NCBI RefSeq assembly: GCF_009914755.1
Contig: NC_060927.1
Length of the DNA stretch: 64,000 nucleotides
Direction: 5' to 3' (one strand)
Origin: the human T2T-CHM13v2.0 reference genome, Homo sapiens
The notes below the pieces were generated by a model. It was not told where the DNA came from, ran no database searches, and saw nothing but the letters and a program-made list of their open reading frames with translations. Position 1 is the first letter of the stretch. The number at the start of each line of letters is the position of its first letter. Both the position numbers and the translations under genes were made by a program. Of this stretch, positions 14,401-29,560 are shown piece after piece.

Positions 14401-15315
14401 TTATGACATCCTGCTAGAACCTGCAATCCATTTTCCCAGTCTTTCCATGGAGACGTTCATGTCTTTGTTTCTTAATGTGTAGATCCTAGACAGGGGTGAT
14501 AGCAAAAGGAACAATGAACAAATATTAATCATGTGTTGTTTTAGGCAAAGGCTACACATAGAGAAATATACATGGCATAAAAAACAAAATCCCTACTGTG
14601 ATGTGATCTAACATGACACAAATGCTTTAGATAAGTCTCCTGAAGAAGGATTCTAGACGGTTACCGAAATGAAAATATAGGATATTATTAATAAGAAACA
14701 GGTAGCTATGGATATAAGCCCACTGTTAGCAGTGACTACAACCTCTAGTTTGTAAGTATCTACACAAGCAAGTTTCATGACATAAGGAAAATCACAGTGA
14801 AAACTACCTACTCTATTAGGGCCACAAAAAGGCAAGTTTATGGCAAAAACAAACTGAGATACAGCATGGATTATCCTGACTATCCAGGATGCCTCCAACA
14901 AAGGAAACACACATTTTGGGGTTCATTGTGGTCAGGTAATGGGGAGGCTTACAGATTGGCAGTGTACCTGCTCTATGCCATGGTTATGAGCAGCACCATC
15001 TCAATTTTTACGCATGACACAAATGAAAAATATCTGTATCATGCATCTTGGAAAAGAAATGATGCTGCAGTTAGTGAAAAAGTCAGAACTGTAGGAGAAG
15101 ACCCAGATCAAGAAGATAAATGTTGGCCAGTAGGCAGTACCTGGGGAATTTAAATGAGAGTCAATAATTACTGTGAACACAATGAAGAGATTTTCCAGGA
15201 TAATTCCCATGTAGAACACAGAGAAGAACCAAAAAAGAAAAAGATGCATCTCCCAAGAGCTTGAAAGTCCAATCAATACAAATTTAGATACCGCAGAATT
15301 ATTTACTCTATCCAT
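14401..15315 (-). pseudogene. OR4G: Olfactory receptor family 4 subfamily G pseudogene (OR4G4P-like), heavily disrupted
   Basis: ATG at 15313-15315 (MDRVNNSAVSKFVLIGLS), LPFCGPN...FHCDFPYVMKLACVDTY, C-terminal IYTLRNKDM, TAA at 14401-14403; several frameshifts and stops. Paralogous to 3905-4842. Confidence 0.92.
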
Positions 15316-15892
15316 TGGCCATTGACTCAGTCAGTAGAGAAGAAGCTTTAGTATTCTGAAGGAAGAAAGTGAGGAAGAATTGAGAAATACAAATGCTACA
15401 CGTTGAAGTGTTGTTTGACCATAAATGATTTTGTGGGAAATATGTGGCAAGTGCTGAAATATGAAGACAGAAAACACACAAAGAGAGAAAATGAAAGAAA
15501 GATAAATGAATTGGGGAAATGCGGTGATCATAAGTTATTTATTAATTTATTAATAAATCATGTGATGATAAGTTATTAATTATTAATAACAATTAGATCA
15601 TAAGTTATTTATTAATTATTAATAACAATTAGACAAGAACAGCAAAGAAAAAAATCATGTGGGAAAATGGCAGGTGGAGTGAAGGATTAGAGGGGCAAAG
15701 AATATAATTTCCGTAACGGAGTGCTTCTTTACCATGCGCATCGTGCAGTAATTACGGCTGCTTCAGTCTTACTCACCCATGTTCAACACAACGTCGTCCA
15801 CGTAAGAAACAGTCACCGTGTTTGAAATGTTAATCGCCTTAATTGTATTTATCTGCATGTACCCTTAGGGGATGTACTCTCTGATCAATCTT

Positions 15893-16186
15893 CTTTTTTT
15901 TTTTTTGAGGCGGAGTCTCGCTGGGTCGCCCAGGCTGGAGTGCGGTGGCGCCATCTCGGCTCACCGCAAGCTCCGCCTCCCGGTTCCCGCCATGCTCCCG
16001 CCTCGGCCTCCCCAGCAGCTGGGACCGCAGGCGCCCGCCACCGCGCCCGGCTAACTTTTTGTATTTTTAGTGGAGACGGGGTTTCCCCGTGTTAGCCGGG
16101 ATGGTCTCGATCTCCTGACCTCGTGATCCGCCCGCCTCGGCCTCCCAAAGTGCTGGGATGACAGGCGCGAGCCCCCGCGCCCGGCC
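15893..16186 (-). mobile_element. AluY-type element, CpG-rich, with TSD TCTGATC(A/C)ATCT
   Basis: Poly-T head, AluY-type CGCAAGCTCCGCC and CTCGATCTCCTGACCTCGTGATCC; flanks TCTGATCAATCT (15880-15891) and TCTGATCCATCT (16187-16198). Confidence 0.95.
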
Positions 16187-17252
16187 TCTGATCCATCTCT
16201 TACTTCACACAGTCTCAGGCATTAATCACACACTAAGAGTGACTGGCCAATGAGGGAAAGAGCAATTAATCCCAGAGGTACAGTAGCATAAAATGCAAAG
16301 ACTTACTCTTCTGCTGGTTTTCCAATACGTGTGATTCCAGCCAATCACTTGTTGACTTGTTGGAGGATTAAGACTCACTTTAAATAAAGTGAAACTCAAC
16401 CCCCACAAAAAAGAGTATCTGAAACTCAGAGAGAGGGCTTTTCCATGCTTTGTTAGGAATCAGAGTTGGTGCTTTTGAGAGTTCTGCTCTAGGATTAATA
16501 CCTTTGACAATTTGAATATGAAGTTGGGAAATAATGGTGTCTTTACTAAAACAAAATATTTAATCATGATACACTAAAAGCACGTAAAAACTACAGGCCC
16601 ACAGAGCCACAGAGATAAAGGTCACGATAGCTGGTCATCAAATATTTGAACTTTGTCCCATTAAGATATTTTTAAAGGTCAGTAAAATTGATACCAACTA
16701 CACTTTAGAGAGAACATCTGTTATTATCACTACTTGTAAGTAGAAAGTTTGAAGATATCTATCCATAACATATTTGGATCCATTCATTATGTGATGTAAA
16801 GTGAAAAATTAGAAGTACATTTAAGAGTGACATATGAGAAAATCATTAAATAATGCAGAAAGGGGTAATTAAGATTCATACCAAAATGAACGTAGCCATT
16901 ATAGACGATACAGATTTAGGTTTGTTGACAAGTCCAGTAAATTGTTAATGACAAAAGTTGGTTACAAAAGGATATGTCTTATGTAATATACTCTTTATTT
17001 GAATACACTGTAAAATATGTAAGTATATACATCAGCATCTCTAGAGAACCACTTTGGATAATGGCATTTTAGGTAACCTTAATATTAAAAAGGTTGACCA
17101 TCTATATTTTGTTATTTTCTATATTGTTATTTTTCTTTTATGAGAAGGAAATGAAAGGAAAGCAATAGGAGAGAAAGAAGAGCAAGGAAAGGAAAGGAAA
17201 AAGAAAAGAATACTGTGAGATTTATGGAGGGAGTGAAATTTTCTCTCTCTCC

Positions 17253-17258
<6 letters not shown>

Positions 17259-17295
<37 letters not shown>
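17259..17295. repeat. (AC)n microsatellite
   Basis: About 18 consecutive AC units. Confidence 0.95.
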
Positions 17296-17296
<1 letters not shown>

Positions 17297-18242
17297 AGTT
17301 AGAGACAGATGTTTTGTGGCATTGGTTTCATAACTTTATTATCCTTTGTTAAATCACCATTCTCAATTAGTGAATGACAGTTATTGGGTGCATTATGAAA
17401 AAATACCCGGGTGTTCTATGCCAAATTTTAACCAGAATTCTACATGCTAATTTGTTTAGAAAAAAATGAATACATGTGAATGAATTTTGAGTTAGGGAAT
17501 ATAAATGATAACTGGATGGCATTTTACAGAATCCTTGGGTGTCCCAGTTATTTAGAACAGTGAGTCCTACACTGAAAACAATAGGAAAACACTCTTATAA
17601 GCCATACCTTCATTTTGCCAATTAAATTTTATTATTAAATAATTTTTTCCTATGTTTTCTAAAAGAGATAAGACTGAATGAAACAATCATCCTAAAGAGA
17701 AAAGCTAGAATTGTGTAGTGGCATCAGGCTTACTAGTAACTCTAAATACTACTATGTCGTGGCGATTAACCTGTTTATAGAGGATCCTATCTTTTGTTCA
17801 AGACTTATCAGGAGTTGGTTCTAACATTCAGTTAGTTTGCCCTGAAATATTGAATTCATGCTCAGAGCAGTGAGAAAAGAGTGTATTCAAATAAGTTGAA
17901 AGAGAAAACATTTAGTGTTTTGTTTTGTTTGTTTGTTTGTTTTGCTTTTTTAGAAAACATTAAAGAATCAGGAATCCTCCTAAGGGAGAGTACCTTAAGA
18001 GTTGGTTGCTATCCTTGCTGGATATCTTGGCTTTAACACTAATAAGTGGGTAACCTTTTCAAACAGATAATGTAGAAAATCAGATAGAATGTGTGTCTCC
18101 TGACTTCAGTGATTGAAGATTCTCTCTGCCCTAAGGAACTAAGGGAAATCGTAACTTTTCTGAGACCAAAAACACAAAGAGACAATAATACTTAAAATTA
18201 ATTTCACCAGTGCCTTGTTAACTGATGTATCATATGCATGGA

Positions 18243-19360
18243 TTTTTCTTTTTTTCTTTTTTTTTTTTGACTTTTATTTTAGGTTCGGGGGTACATGTGA
18301 AGGTTTGTTACATAGGTAAACTCATGTCCTGGGGGTTCGTTGTACAGATTATTTCATCCCCCAGGTAGCGCCCAGTAGTCAGTAGTTATCTTTTCTGCTC
18401 CTCTCCCTCTTCCCATCGTCCTCAAGTAGACCCCAATGCCTGTTGTTTCCTTCTTTGTGTTTGTAAGTTCTCATCATTTATCTCACACTCATAAGTGAGA
18501 ACATGTGGTATTTGGATTTCTGTTCCTGCCTTAGCTTGCTAAGGATAGTAGCCTCCAGCTCCATCCATGTTCCTGTCAAAGACATGATCTTGTTCTTTTT
18601 TATGGCTGCATAGTAATCCACGGTGTATCTGTACCACACTTTCTTTATCCAGTCTGTTACTGATGGGCATTTAAGTTGATTCCATGTCTCTGCTATTGTG
18701 AGTAGTGCTGCAATGAACATTCTCATGCATGCGTCTTTATGGTAGAACGATTTATATTCTTCTGGGTATATACCCAGTAATGGAATTGCTGGGTTGAATG
18801 ATAGTTCTGTTTTTGGCTTTTTGAGGAATCGCCATCCCATACTGCTTTCCACAATGGTTGAAATAATTTACAGTCCCACCAACAGTGTATAAGTGTTCCC
18901 TTTTCTCTGTAACCTCACCGATATCTGTTATTTTTGACTTTTTAATAATAGCCATTCTGCCTGGTATGAGATGATATCTCAATATGGTTTTGATTTGCAT
19001 TTCTCTAATGCTCAGTATATTGAGCTTTTTTTTCATATGCTTGTTAACCATATGTATATCTTCTTTTGAGAGTGTCTATTCATGTTCTTTGCCCACTTTT
19101 TAATGGGGTTGTTTTTGTCTTGTAAATTTAAGTTCCTTATAGCTGCCAGATATTAGATTTTTGTCAGACTTACAGTTGGCAAATATTTTCTCCCATTCTG
19201 TAGGTTGTCTGTTTACTTTGTTGGTAGCTTCTTTTGCTGTGCAGAAGCTATTGTTTTATTAGATTCCACTTCTCAATTTTTGCTTTTGTTGTGATTGGTT
19301 TCCGTGTCTTTGTCATGAAATCTTTGCCCGTTCCTATGTCCAGGATGGTGTTGCCTAAGT
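18243..19360 (-). mobile_element. Older L1PA 3' portion (ORF2 C-terminus plus 3' UTR)
   Basis: Poly-T; ORFs 18478-18852 and 18752-19051 resemble L1 ORF2p C-terminus (PAIPLLGIYP, MFIAALLTIA, WMELE, IREMQIKT). Confidence 0.92.
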
Positions 19361-20679
19361 TTTAGCTCTATTCATAACTACCTTAGTTCATTGTGATAGA
19401 GGCCCTTTTCAGAACTGATAGACACAGTTTCATTAAACCATTTTCATTCTGATAATTACCCCTTTAATTCTTGGCCCAGGCATTGACTAAGATTATCAAA
19501 TGCTTTATCAAATATGGCATACAGAGGGAATGGCCCCAGCATTCTCTATATGAGGACAGAAAATCACTTCCCCCCACTTTCCATTAGGAAAATGGAACGC
19601 ACACGACGTGAACATGTTTGGTCTCCGCAGTGGGAAATGTGACATATCATATGACATAAGGAAGGTGACAAGAGATAACAGATCCTTATAATACTAATTC
19701 TCCAAAGAGAGACAGTACAAATGTCAATGCATTTAGAAATCTCTCCTTTAACGGGTGTAATATAATTTAGTGATTAAGATTGTAAGAATAATGCTCTGAG
19801 GATTGAAATAATTGGAGATAGGAGGAAAACAGAAAAGTGGAGGAGATGGAAGGTTGAAGGGAAATGTAAGAAGAGAGAGATTGCCTTGACATTGCTAAAC
19901 TTTGGGAGCGTTTTTCTGACCTACCTGTTCTGTTCCAGGGTGTGCAGTAGTGACACTGGGAAACTGATCATTTTGATTTCTGCTTTCTAGTAGAATCAGC
20001 TCCAAGACAAAAGTATGTATACATTTTCTTCCCAATGATTAACAGAGTTAATTAGTACCACTAGATGTTAGAGACCCACTGGTGCTTCTTAGATCCTTGT
20101 AACCAGGCCTCCATTGGTTTCTCTTGGGAACCAGATCTATGAGTCATATTAATTTTCTCAAGAGAAAAAATATCAGAAGAGTTACTTGGTGATGGAAAGT
20201 AAGGAAAAAAAGAAAAATGCAGGAAATATGTTCCCTCTAGGACAGGAAAGTGATACCATGAGCTTACTTAGATTAACTGAGTTGAGGGAAACTAAGACGT
20301 CATCCACCATTGTTGAAGATGCCCTCATTCATGGTGTGGGGGTCAGTGAGCTTAATGTGTGTCAAGATATTCTTTTAGAAACAAGGAAGAGAGCTTTAAT
20401 GCAATGGTGATATTCGTATAACTATTCTTGATTTCTTCCCATTCAACACTTTTTTTTTTACTTCATTGGATAGGGATGACTGAAACCAACACTTTTATCA
20501 TCTGTTAACTATTCCAAAATTTATCATTCAACACTGAAAATGTGTTGTATAAATGAATGAATGTATGTCTTCGTGTAACCATTCTTTCCTTAAAACATAC
20601 CGAGTTCTGACTAAATATAAGGGACATGGAGCCATGCTTAACTGTTGAGCAAAATAAAAGGGCTCAAAAGTGTTTCTCT

Positions 20680-20892
20680 AGATCTGGAGGTGGTAAATTT
20701 GACTCATGGGACAAATCTTTTGTAAATAAAGTTTCACTGGAACCCAGTCACACTCATTTGTTTCTGTATTGTCTGTTGACAGTTTTTATGCTACAATAAG
20801 AGTTGAGTAGTTATGACAGACACTCTAGGGCCTGTAGAGCCTATAATATTTACTTTTGGCCTTTTACGGAAGAAGTTTACTGACCTTATCCT
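20680..20892. mobile_element. MER58A-like hAT-Charlie element
   Basis: TTTTGTAAATAAAGTTTCACTGGAAC...GAGTTGAGTAGTT...GACAGA...ATATTTACT...TGGCC...AAGTTTACTGACC matches the MER58 pattern. Confidence 0.7.
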
Positions 20893-21283
20893 AGATCAAG
20901 GAAGTTTGGCAGAGGAAGAGGGTATGGTAGAAGCACCATCCATATCTATCTTCATCATCTTCATATATAGTTGGGAGTAAAGATGCAGATGAAAGTTGAG
21001 AAGGTAAGGTTCTTGAAGTCCTGTAAACCCTGCCTCCAGACACATTGTCTGGAATCAGGATGTCTACATGATTGCAGGGCTAATGTAAACTGAATTTGTG
21101 AGGACTTCGGTTAAAAAAATTGTTAAGAATTTCAAGGCAGAAACAGCAGAGCATTAAAAAAAGTGTAGGATCCTTTTAAGTGTGGGATCTTGTTCAACTG
21201 CACAGGACACACACTTGTGAAGCTGATGTTGTCTGCAATAATGCTAAGAATCTTAAAGTGTTGAATTAGAAGTTAATACAACT

Positions 21284-21378
21284 GGGCAAACCGCTCGGGT
21301 CCCCTTCCACACTGTGGAAGCTTTGTTCTTTCACTCTTCACAATAAATCTTGCTGCTGCTCAAAAAAAAAAAAAAAAC
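21284..21378 (+). mobile_element. LTR12 (ERV9) R-region fragment with poly(A) tail and 13-bp TSD
   Basis: GGGTCCCCTTCCACACTGTGGAAGCTTTGTTCTTTC...CAATAAATCTTGCTGCTGCTC then A16; AGTTAATACAACT at 21271-21283 and 21379-21391. Confidence 0.85.
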
Positions 21379-21549
21379 AGTTAATACAACTCTGAGCACT
21401 CAGTACATAAAGTTTCCTTTCCAGTTGCTGAAGGAATTTATAGTGGCCCGTACCCTGTACATTAACACATGAATGAGAGAAATGAGTGCATGAATATTTT
21501 GAACAGTGTGACTTAAGTGAGGTACGAACCTCAAAAAGACGTTTTTTAA

Positions 21550-22913
21550 AAATTTTAAATTTTAACTGCTATATTTCTTTTTGATAACAAGTTATATATC
21601 TTTATGGTGTGTAATGTGATGTTTTGATACATATGTATATTTATCGTGAAACAGTGACCACCATCAAGCTAATTAACGTAATTCATCATCTGACATAATT
21701 ATCTTAGTCATTGCTTTGCAGAGTATGAGTGTCTGTTTCCTCACAGGCTCATCCATGATATATTATTATTTATGAAAACACAATAGCAATGCTATATTTT
21801 AAAATTTACATTTCTTTGATAAAAAGTGAGTTTGAATATTCTTCATATGTTTATTTTTTATTTGGATTTCTTGTTTTGTCCATAGTCTTTTTATGCTTAT
21901 TTTAAATTTGGTTTAAATTATATTTAAAAACCATTTTCCCACATTTGTTTTTACTTTAATGAATTAATTCTTCTGTATAATTTTTTTAATCTGAAAATGT
22001 CAGCTTTTTTGTTTCTCATTTTTAAAAATTATTTTTTAATTGACAAAAATTATATATATTTGTGGAATACAGTGTGATGTTTTAATATATGTGTATGTTG
22101 TTGAATGAATAAATCAAGTTAATTAACACATATATTACCTCATATTAACATTTATAATATACTGTATTAGCAATTTTCAAGCATACAATACATTATTAAT
22201 TACAGTCAACATGTCGTATATTGGGTCCCCTGAATGTAATCCTACTAATTGAATTATTTTTCCTTTTATTAACAATGTCCCATTTCCTCATCCTCTCCCT
22301 GCCAGATAACCCTAGTAACCATCATACTATTCTCTGCTTCTATGAGTTCAGATTTTTTAGATTCTAAGTGAGATCATGCAATATTTGTCTTTCTGTGTCT
22401 AGCTTATTTCACTTAGCTTAATGTCCTCTAGGTTCATCCACGTTGTCTCAAATGACAGAATTTCCTACTGTTTTTAAGGCTGAATAATTTTCCATATCAC
22501 ATTTCATTTATCCATTCATCTGTCTATGAACAGTTAGGTTGATTCTATATCTTGGCCATTGTGAACATGCTGCAATAACATAGGAGTGCAGATATCCCTT
22601 TGACATATTGATTTCAATTCCTTTGGCTATATACCCAGAAGTAGGATTCTTGGATCATGTGATAGTTCTATTTTTAATTTGTACATGATACAAGGGTTCC
22701 CTTTTCTATCATCCTCTCTGATAGTTGCTATCTTTCATCTTTTTGATAAGAGCCATTCTAACAGGTTTGAGGGGACATCTCATTTTGGTTTTAATTAGTA
22801 CTTCCCTGACAAATAGTGATGTTGAGCATTTTTTGATGTATCTGTGGCCCTTTGTATGTTGTCTCCTGAGAAATGTCTATTCCTGTCCTCTGCCGATTTT
22901 TAAATAATTTATT

Positions 22914-22956
<43 letters not shown>

Positions 22957-24560
22957 TTTTACTTTTGACATATTTGTGTTACTTGTATATTCTGGATATC
23001 AATCCCCAGTTGGATGAGTAGTTTGCAAATATTTCTCCCATTCAAGAGGTTATCTTTTTCACTCTATTGATCGTTTCTTTTGTTGTTAGAAATTTTTTAA
23101 TTTGACATAGTCTCATCTGTCTATTTTTTCTTTTTTTGCCTGTGCTTTTAGAGTCATATCAGAAAAATGATGGCCCAAACCAATGTCAGGAAGAATATTT
23201 TCTATGTTTTGTTCTAATAGTTATACCATTTCATGTTTTAAATTTGTATTTAATCCATTTCCAGTTGAATTTTGCATATGGTATGAAATCAGGATTCAAC
23301 TGCATTCTTCTGCATGTGGATATATAGTTTTTCCAGCATCATTTATTGAAGAGATTGTCTTTTCCCCATTGTCTTCTTGACATTGTTGTTGAAAATCAAT
23401 TGAATGTAAATGTGTGGACTTATTTCTGTGCTCTTTATTCCATTCCATAGGTTTATCTATGTGTTTTTATGACAGTATCATGTTGCTTTGATCACTATAG
23501 CTTTGTAGTAGATTTTGAAATAAGGTAGTGTGATGCTTCCAGTGTTGTTCATCTTGCTCAAGATTGCTTTAGCTATTCACAGTCTTTTGTGGTTTCATGC
23601 ATATTTTAGAATTTTTTTTTTTATTTCTGTCAAAAATACCTTTGGGATTTTGAAGAGATTGCAATAAATGCATTAGATCTATAAATTGCTTTAAGTAGTG
23701 AGGACATCTTAACAATATTACTTTTTCTAATCTATTAACATGAGATAGCTTTCTATTTATATGTGTCTTATTCAACTTCTTTTTTCAATGTTTTATAGTT
23801 TTTAGTGTACAGATGTTTGGTAAAATTTATTCCTAAGTATTTTATTTTTTGGATTCTATTGTTAGTGGTATTGTTTTCTTAACTTCTTTCTCTGTTAAGT
23901 CCTTATTAGTGTATAGAGACACTACTGATTTTTGTATGTTGATTTTGTATTCTGCAACTTCACTGAATTTACTAGCTCTGTAGTTTTTTTTTTTTTTTTT
24001 TTTGCTGAAGTTTTAAGGGGTTTCTACATATAAGATTATGTTATCTGTAAACAGAAAAGTTTGCTTCTATCTTTCCAATTTGGGTGTTTTTATTTTTATT
24101 TTGTCTAATTGTCCTGGCTAGGACTTTTAGTACTATATGGAATAGAAATAGCAAGAGTGGGAACCTTTATATTATTTCTGACCTTAGAGGAAAAGCTTTC
24201 ATTTTTTTTACCATTGTGATGATTTTACTATTATGATGTTAGCTGTGGGCTTGTTATATATGGCCTTTATTGTGTTGCGGTACATTCCTTCTATTCCTAA
24301 TTTGTTTTATCTGATGTCTTATTATGAAAGAATGTTTACTTTTGTTAATGCTTTTTCTGCATCTATTGAGATGATAATATGATTTTTATTTTTTATTCTG
24401 TTAGTGTGGCATATCACATTTATTGATTTCCATATTTTGAACCATTCTTGCATCTCAGAGATAAATTCTACTCGATTATGTTGTATGACCCCTTTAACGT
24501 GCTGTCGAAGCTGGTTTGCTGTTATCTTGTTGAGTATGTAGTTTTGTCATTTACATTGTC
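21550..24560 (-). mobile_element. Old L1MA element(s), 3' region, with internal (TTTA)n at about 22905-22960
   Basis: Degenerate antisense ORF2/3'UTR motifs (GTGATGTTGAGCATTTTTT, CCAGCATCATTTATTGAAGAGA, GCATCTATTGAGATGAT). Confidence 0.85.
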
Positions 24561-25059
24561 TATTCAAACTGACAGCTTGAATGTTGTGGTTATTAATATG
24601 ATTTATAATATTCTTCATATTTAATAGGTATCAGTGGCTTGTCACACATGAAGCATACATATTTTTCCCACTTTGTCTTTATTTTTGTTTTTGAAAATTT
24701 AAATTCAATATGGTAAAATTTAGACTTTTTTCATGGTTTCTGCTTTTGCTTCCTTGCTTAAAGTTGCATACCTCATGCCATAATTATATACATTTTGCCT
24801 ACATTTTTACAAGTTATTTTATGGTATAATTTTGAAATAGTTCAATCCAAAAATATTTATAAATGTACATATTCAATTTCTATGTGTCTAAAAATCCAAC
24901 TTGTTGTTTGTTTTTCAAAAAGTATTTTATTCCCTCCACAGTATGTGGATCTATTTACCTCTCTTTTGAAAATATGCCTTTATTACCAGACAAAACTTAG
25001 ATTAGTTTCTGGGCTTTTTTTAAAAAAAACTATTCTAATCTTTTTTTTTTATTGTGAAT

Positions 25060-26700
25060 AATTTAAGGAATCATTGATTAGTGTACATTCAACAGCACAG
25101 ACTTCCTACCGCAACTCCTTCCTGATTGCTAATTGATTAGTTTCTAGATCTGATATGTCATTGATTTCCTCCATTGCATTCCATATGGGTTAACTTTTGT
25201 ATTTTGTGTGTTTAAGAAAAGCATAAATAGAGATCAACCCAGCACTTTGCTGAGAATTGTCAAATGAATTTAGTGTAATATTGGTTCTCACAATTAGTTT
25301 TTCTGTGTGGGTCAGTTTTCTAATTTCTGCACAACTATGGATTGCTGCTTAAAACGGATATTGATTAATTACACAGGGGTCAGCTTAAGATGGGATGTAA
25401 TTGATCCAATAGCCAGAAGAAAACAGGAAGAAACAAATGTACACTTCTTATTTATGTTTCTTATCTTACTGTATACTCCAAGCATAGTATTAATGAGCAG
25501 AGTTGAGAACCTGACTCAGCCACTTATGCTTGCACAATAGGCTCTTGAATAAAGTAGTGATAAGTGTCAAGTATTAAGGTTTTGCATGGGTAATTCATCA
25601 TGATCTCTTATCATTAAGGCAGTTCTAGCTACAGCCTCTGTTGAATGTTTGACCTTTCAGAAACAGTCATAGATGTTCAGCCCTTGACATGATTGAGGCA
25701 TTCAATTGGCAACGTAATGGCACATTGTTTACCCTCTCTACAGTGGAAGAATAGCAATTTGTTCTTACTGGGATAAATGTGTTTTCCACCTGTGGCTTTG
25801 ACTCTCCTGCCATCAATGCCTTGGCCATTAAACTATCCAAAGATGCATAGAATGCCTAATGTTCTTTGTAACACACCTTAGGACAAAGGAATATATTTTG
25901 TAGCAGAGAAGGTACAATAATATGCATACAACCAAATGATCCACTGGTGCTATAATACACTATATTAAACAGAATCTATCAGTCTGATAGAACATTAAAA
26001 GATATTTCTTTTAAAGGTGGATATAAAGGTGCAACTAAGTGCCAATTTAGGGATGGTACTTTTCAGAGTTGGGGCTCTGTGCTTTAACATGTTATACTTT
26101 GAACCAATGGACATTGTAAGATATTGGGCCCTAGAATATACAGGTTTGTAAACCAAGGGCAGAGGGTGAGAGTGGCTCCTCTCACTAAAACTCCCTTGGA
26201 GAATTTGAGCTTCCTGGACCTACAGCATTAAGCTCTGCTGGAGTAGGGAGAATGCTTCTTCTGGGTACATAGTAAGCATTCCAATAAGCATAAAGTTTTA
26301 GTAGCTCCCTGTCATTTTGGCTTCCTTGTGTATGTAGGTTGGCAGACAAAGAAATAAGTTATTATACTGGCAGTTGTAATTGACCTTCATTATCATGAGG
26401 AAATAGAAATACTGCTATACCTTTATCAACCATAGATGATGACAATTGTAAATTGGAAATTGCAGCAATTACAGCCTGACAGGGCCATGGTAATCATGGG
26501 TCTTTGGAAGTGAACTAGACTAGCAGAAGCACTGGATAAACATAAGGGGAATATAGAACAGGTTGTAGAAGAGGAAGATGATGAATGTCATCCTGGGAAC
26601 AAGTGTAATGACAGGACCCATTAACTCTTGTTCCTTTAACACTCTTGTGTTTGAAGAATTAATGATGGAGTGAACTCACATAGAGCATAAACTCCTCCAC
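25060..26700. mobile_element. Degenerate ERVL/MaLR LTR and internal fragments
   Basis: Integrase-region-like remnants (TTTGTTCTTACTGGGATAAAT, ATACTGGCAGTTGTAATTGACC...ATCATGAGGAAATA). Boundaries approximate. Confidence 0.45.
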
Positions 26701-27068
26701 GCATGGAAAGATGTGGACTGTTTCTAGTGCTGTTGGTGTCTTGCACATACCCCTCTCCACTTAATATTCCCAAGAGTTTGGATTGTTCTATAAGCTCCTG
26801 AGAATCTCTGGCTGAGGACTTTTCTTTGAATATAGAAAAAGCTAAACTCACAAGGTGGGGAAACCTAGAATTGCTGTAGAGAAAATGCCCTAGAGCAGCT
26901 CTAGATTCAGTAAAGAAATGCACAGCTTCTTTGTTTCTTAAGTGGGACAACTACAAGTCATAGAATTTATACAGTCTCTTGATGGCCACAGCAAGAATGT
27001 GCCCTTGATGTCCACTGTAGTAAATACAAATCAATGCATCCTTTATTGGCATCCTCCCCTTTTCTTGC

Positions 27069-27166
27069 CTGGGGAGGCAGAGGTTGCAGTGAGCCGAGAT
27101 CATGTCACTGCACTCCAGGCTGGGTGACAGAGAACCTGTGTCAAAAAAAAAAAAAAAAAAAAAAAA
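27069..27166 (+). mobile_element. 5'-truncated Alu right-arm end with long poly-A
   Basis: GGAGGCAGAGGTTGCAGTGAGCCGAGATC...CACTCCAGGCTGGGTGACAGAG followed by about 24 A. Confidence 0.9.
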
Positions 27167-27499
27167 GGAAGAAGGAAGAAGAAGAAAGGAAATATGGCAT
27201 GTTGGGGATGGGGATGGAAGTGGGTTGCAATTTTTAAAAGGGTAGCCAGGGAAATGCTTACTGAGATTTTTAAGTACAAGTCTGAAGGAGGCAAGGGAGT
27301 GAGTCAAACATATACATGCAGGAAGGGCTCTCTAGGAGGAGAAAGCAGTGAGAGCAAAGGCTGGGAGCCAATGCAGCCCTGGTGGCTTCGAAGAACAGCA
27401 GAGGGCCAGCGTGGCTGCGGCAGAGGGAGTCAGGGCAGTGTGCTAGGAAGTGAAGGCAGGGAGATGCAGGAGGTGTGGATTGTTGGGGCGTCACAGGCC

Positions 27500-29560
<2,061 letters not shown>

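Noticed and set aside
18478-19051. ORFs with L1 ORF2 similarity as possible active retrotransposon
   Set aside because: Frameshifted, 5'-truncated fragments; no intact L1 in the window.
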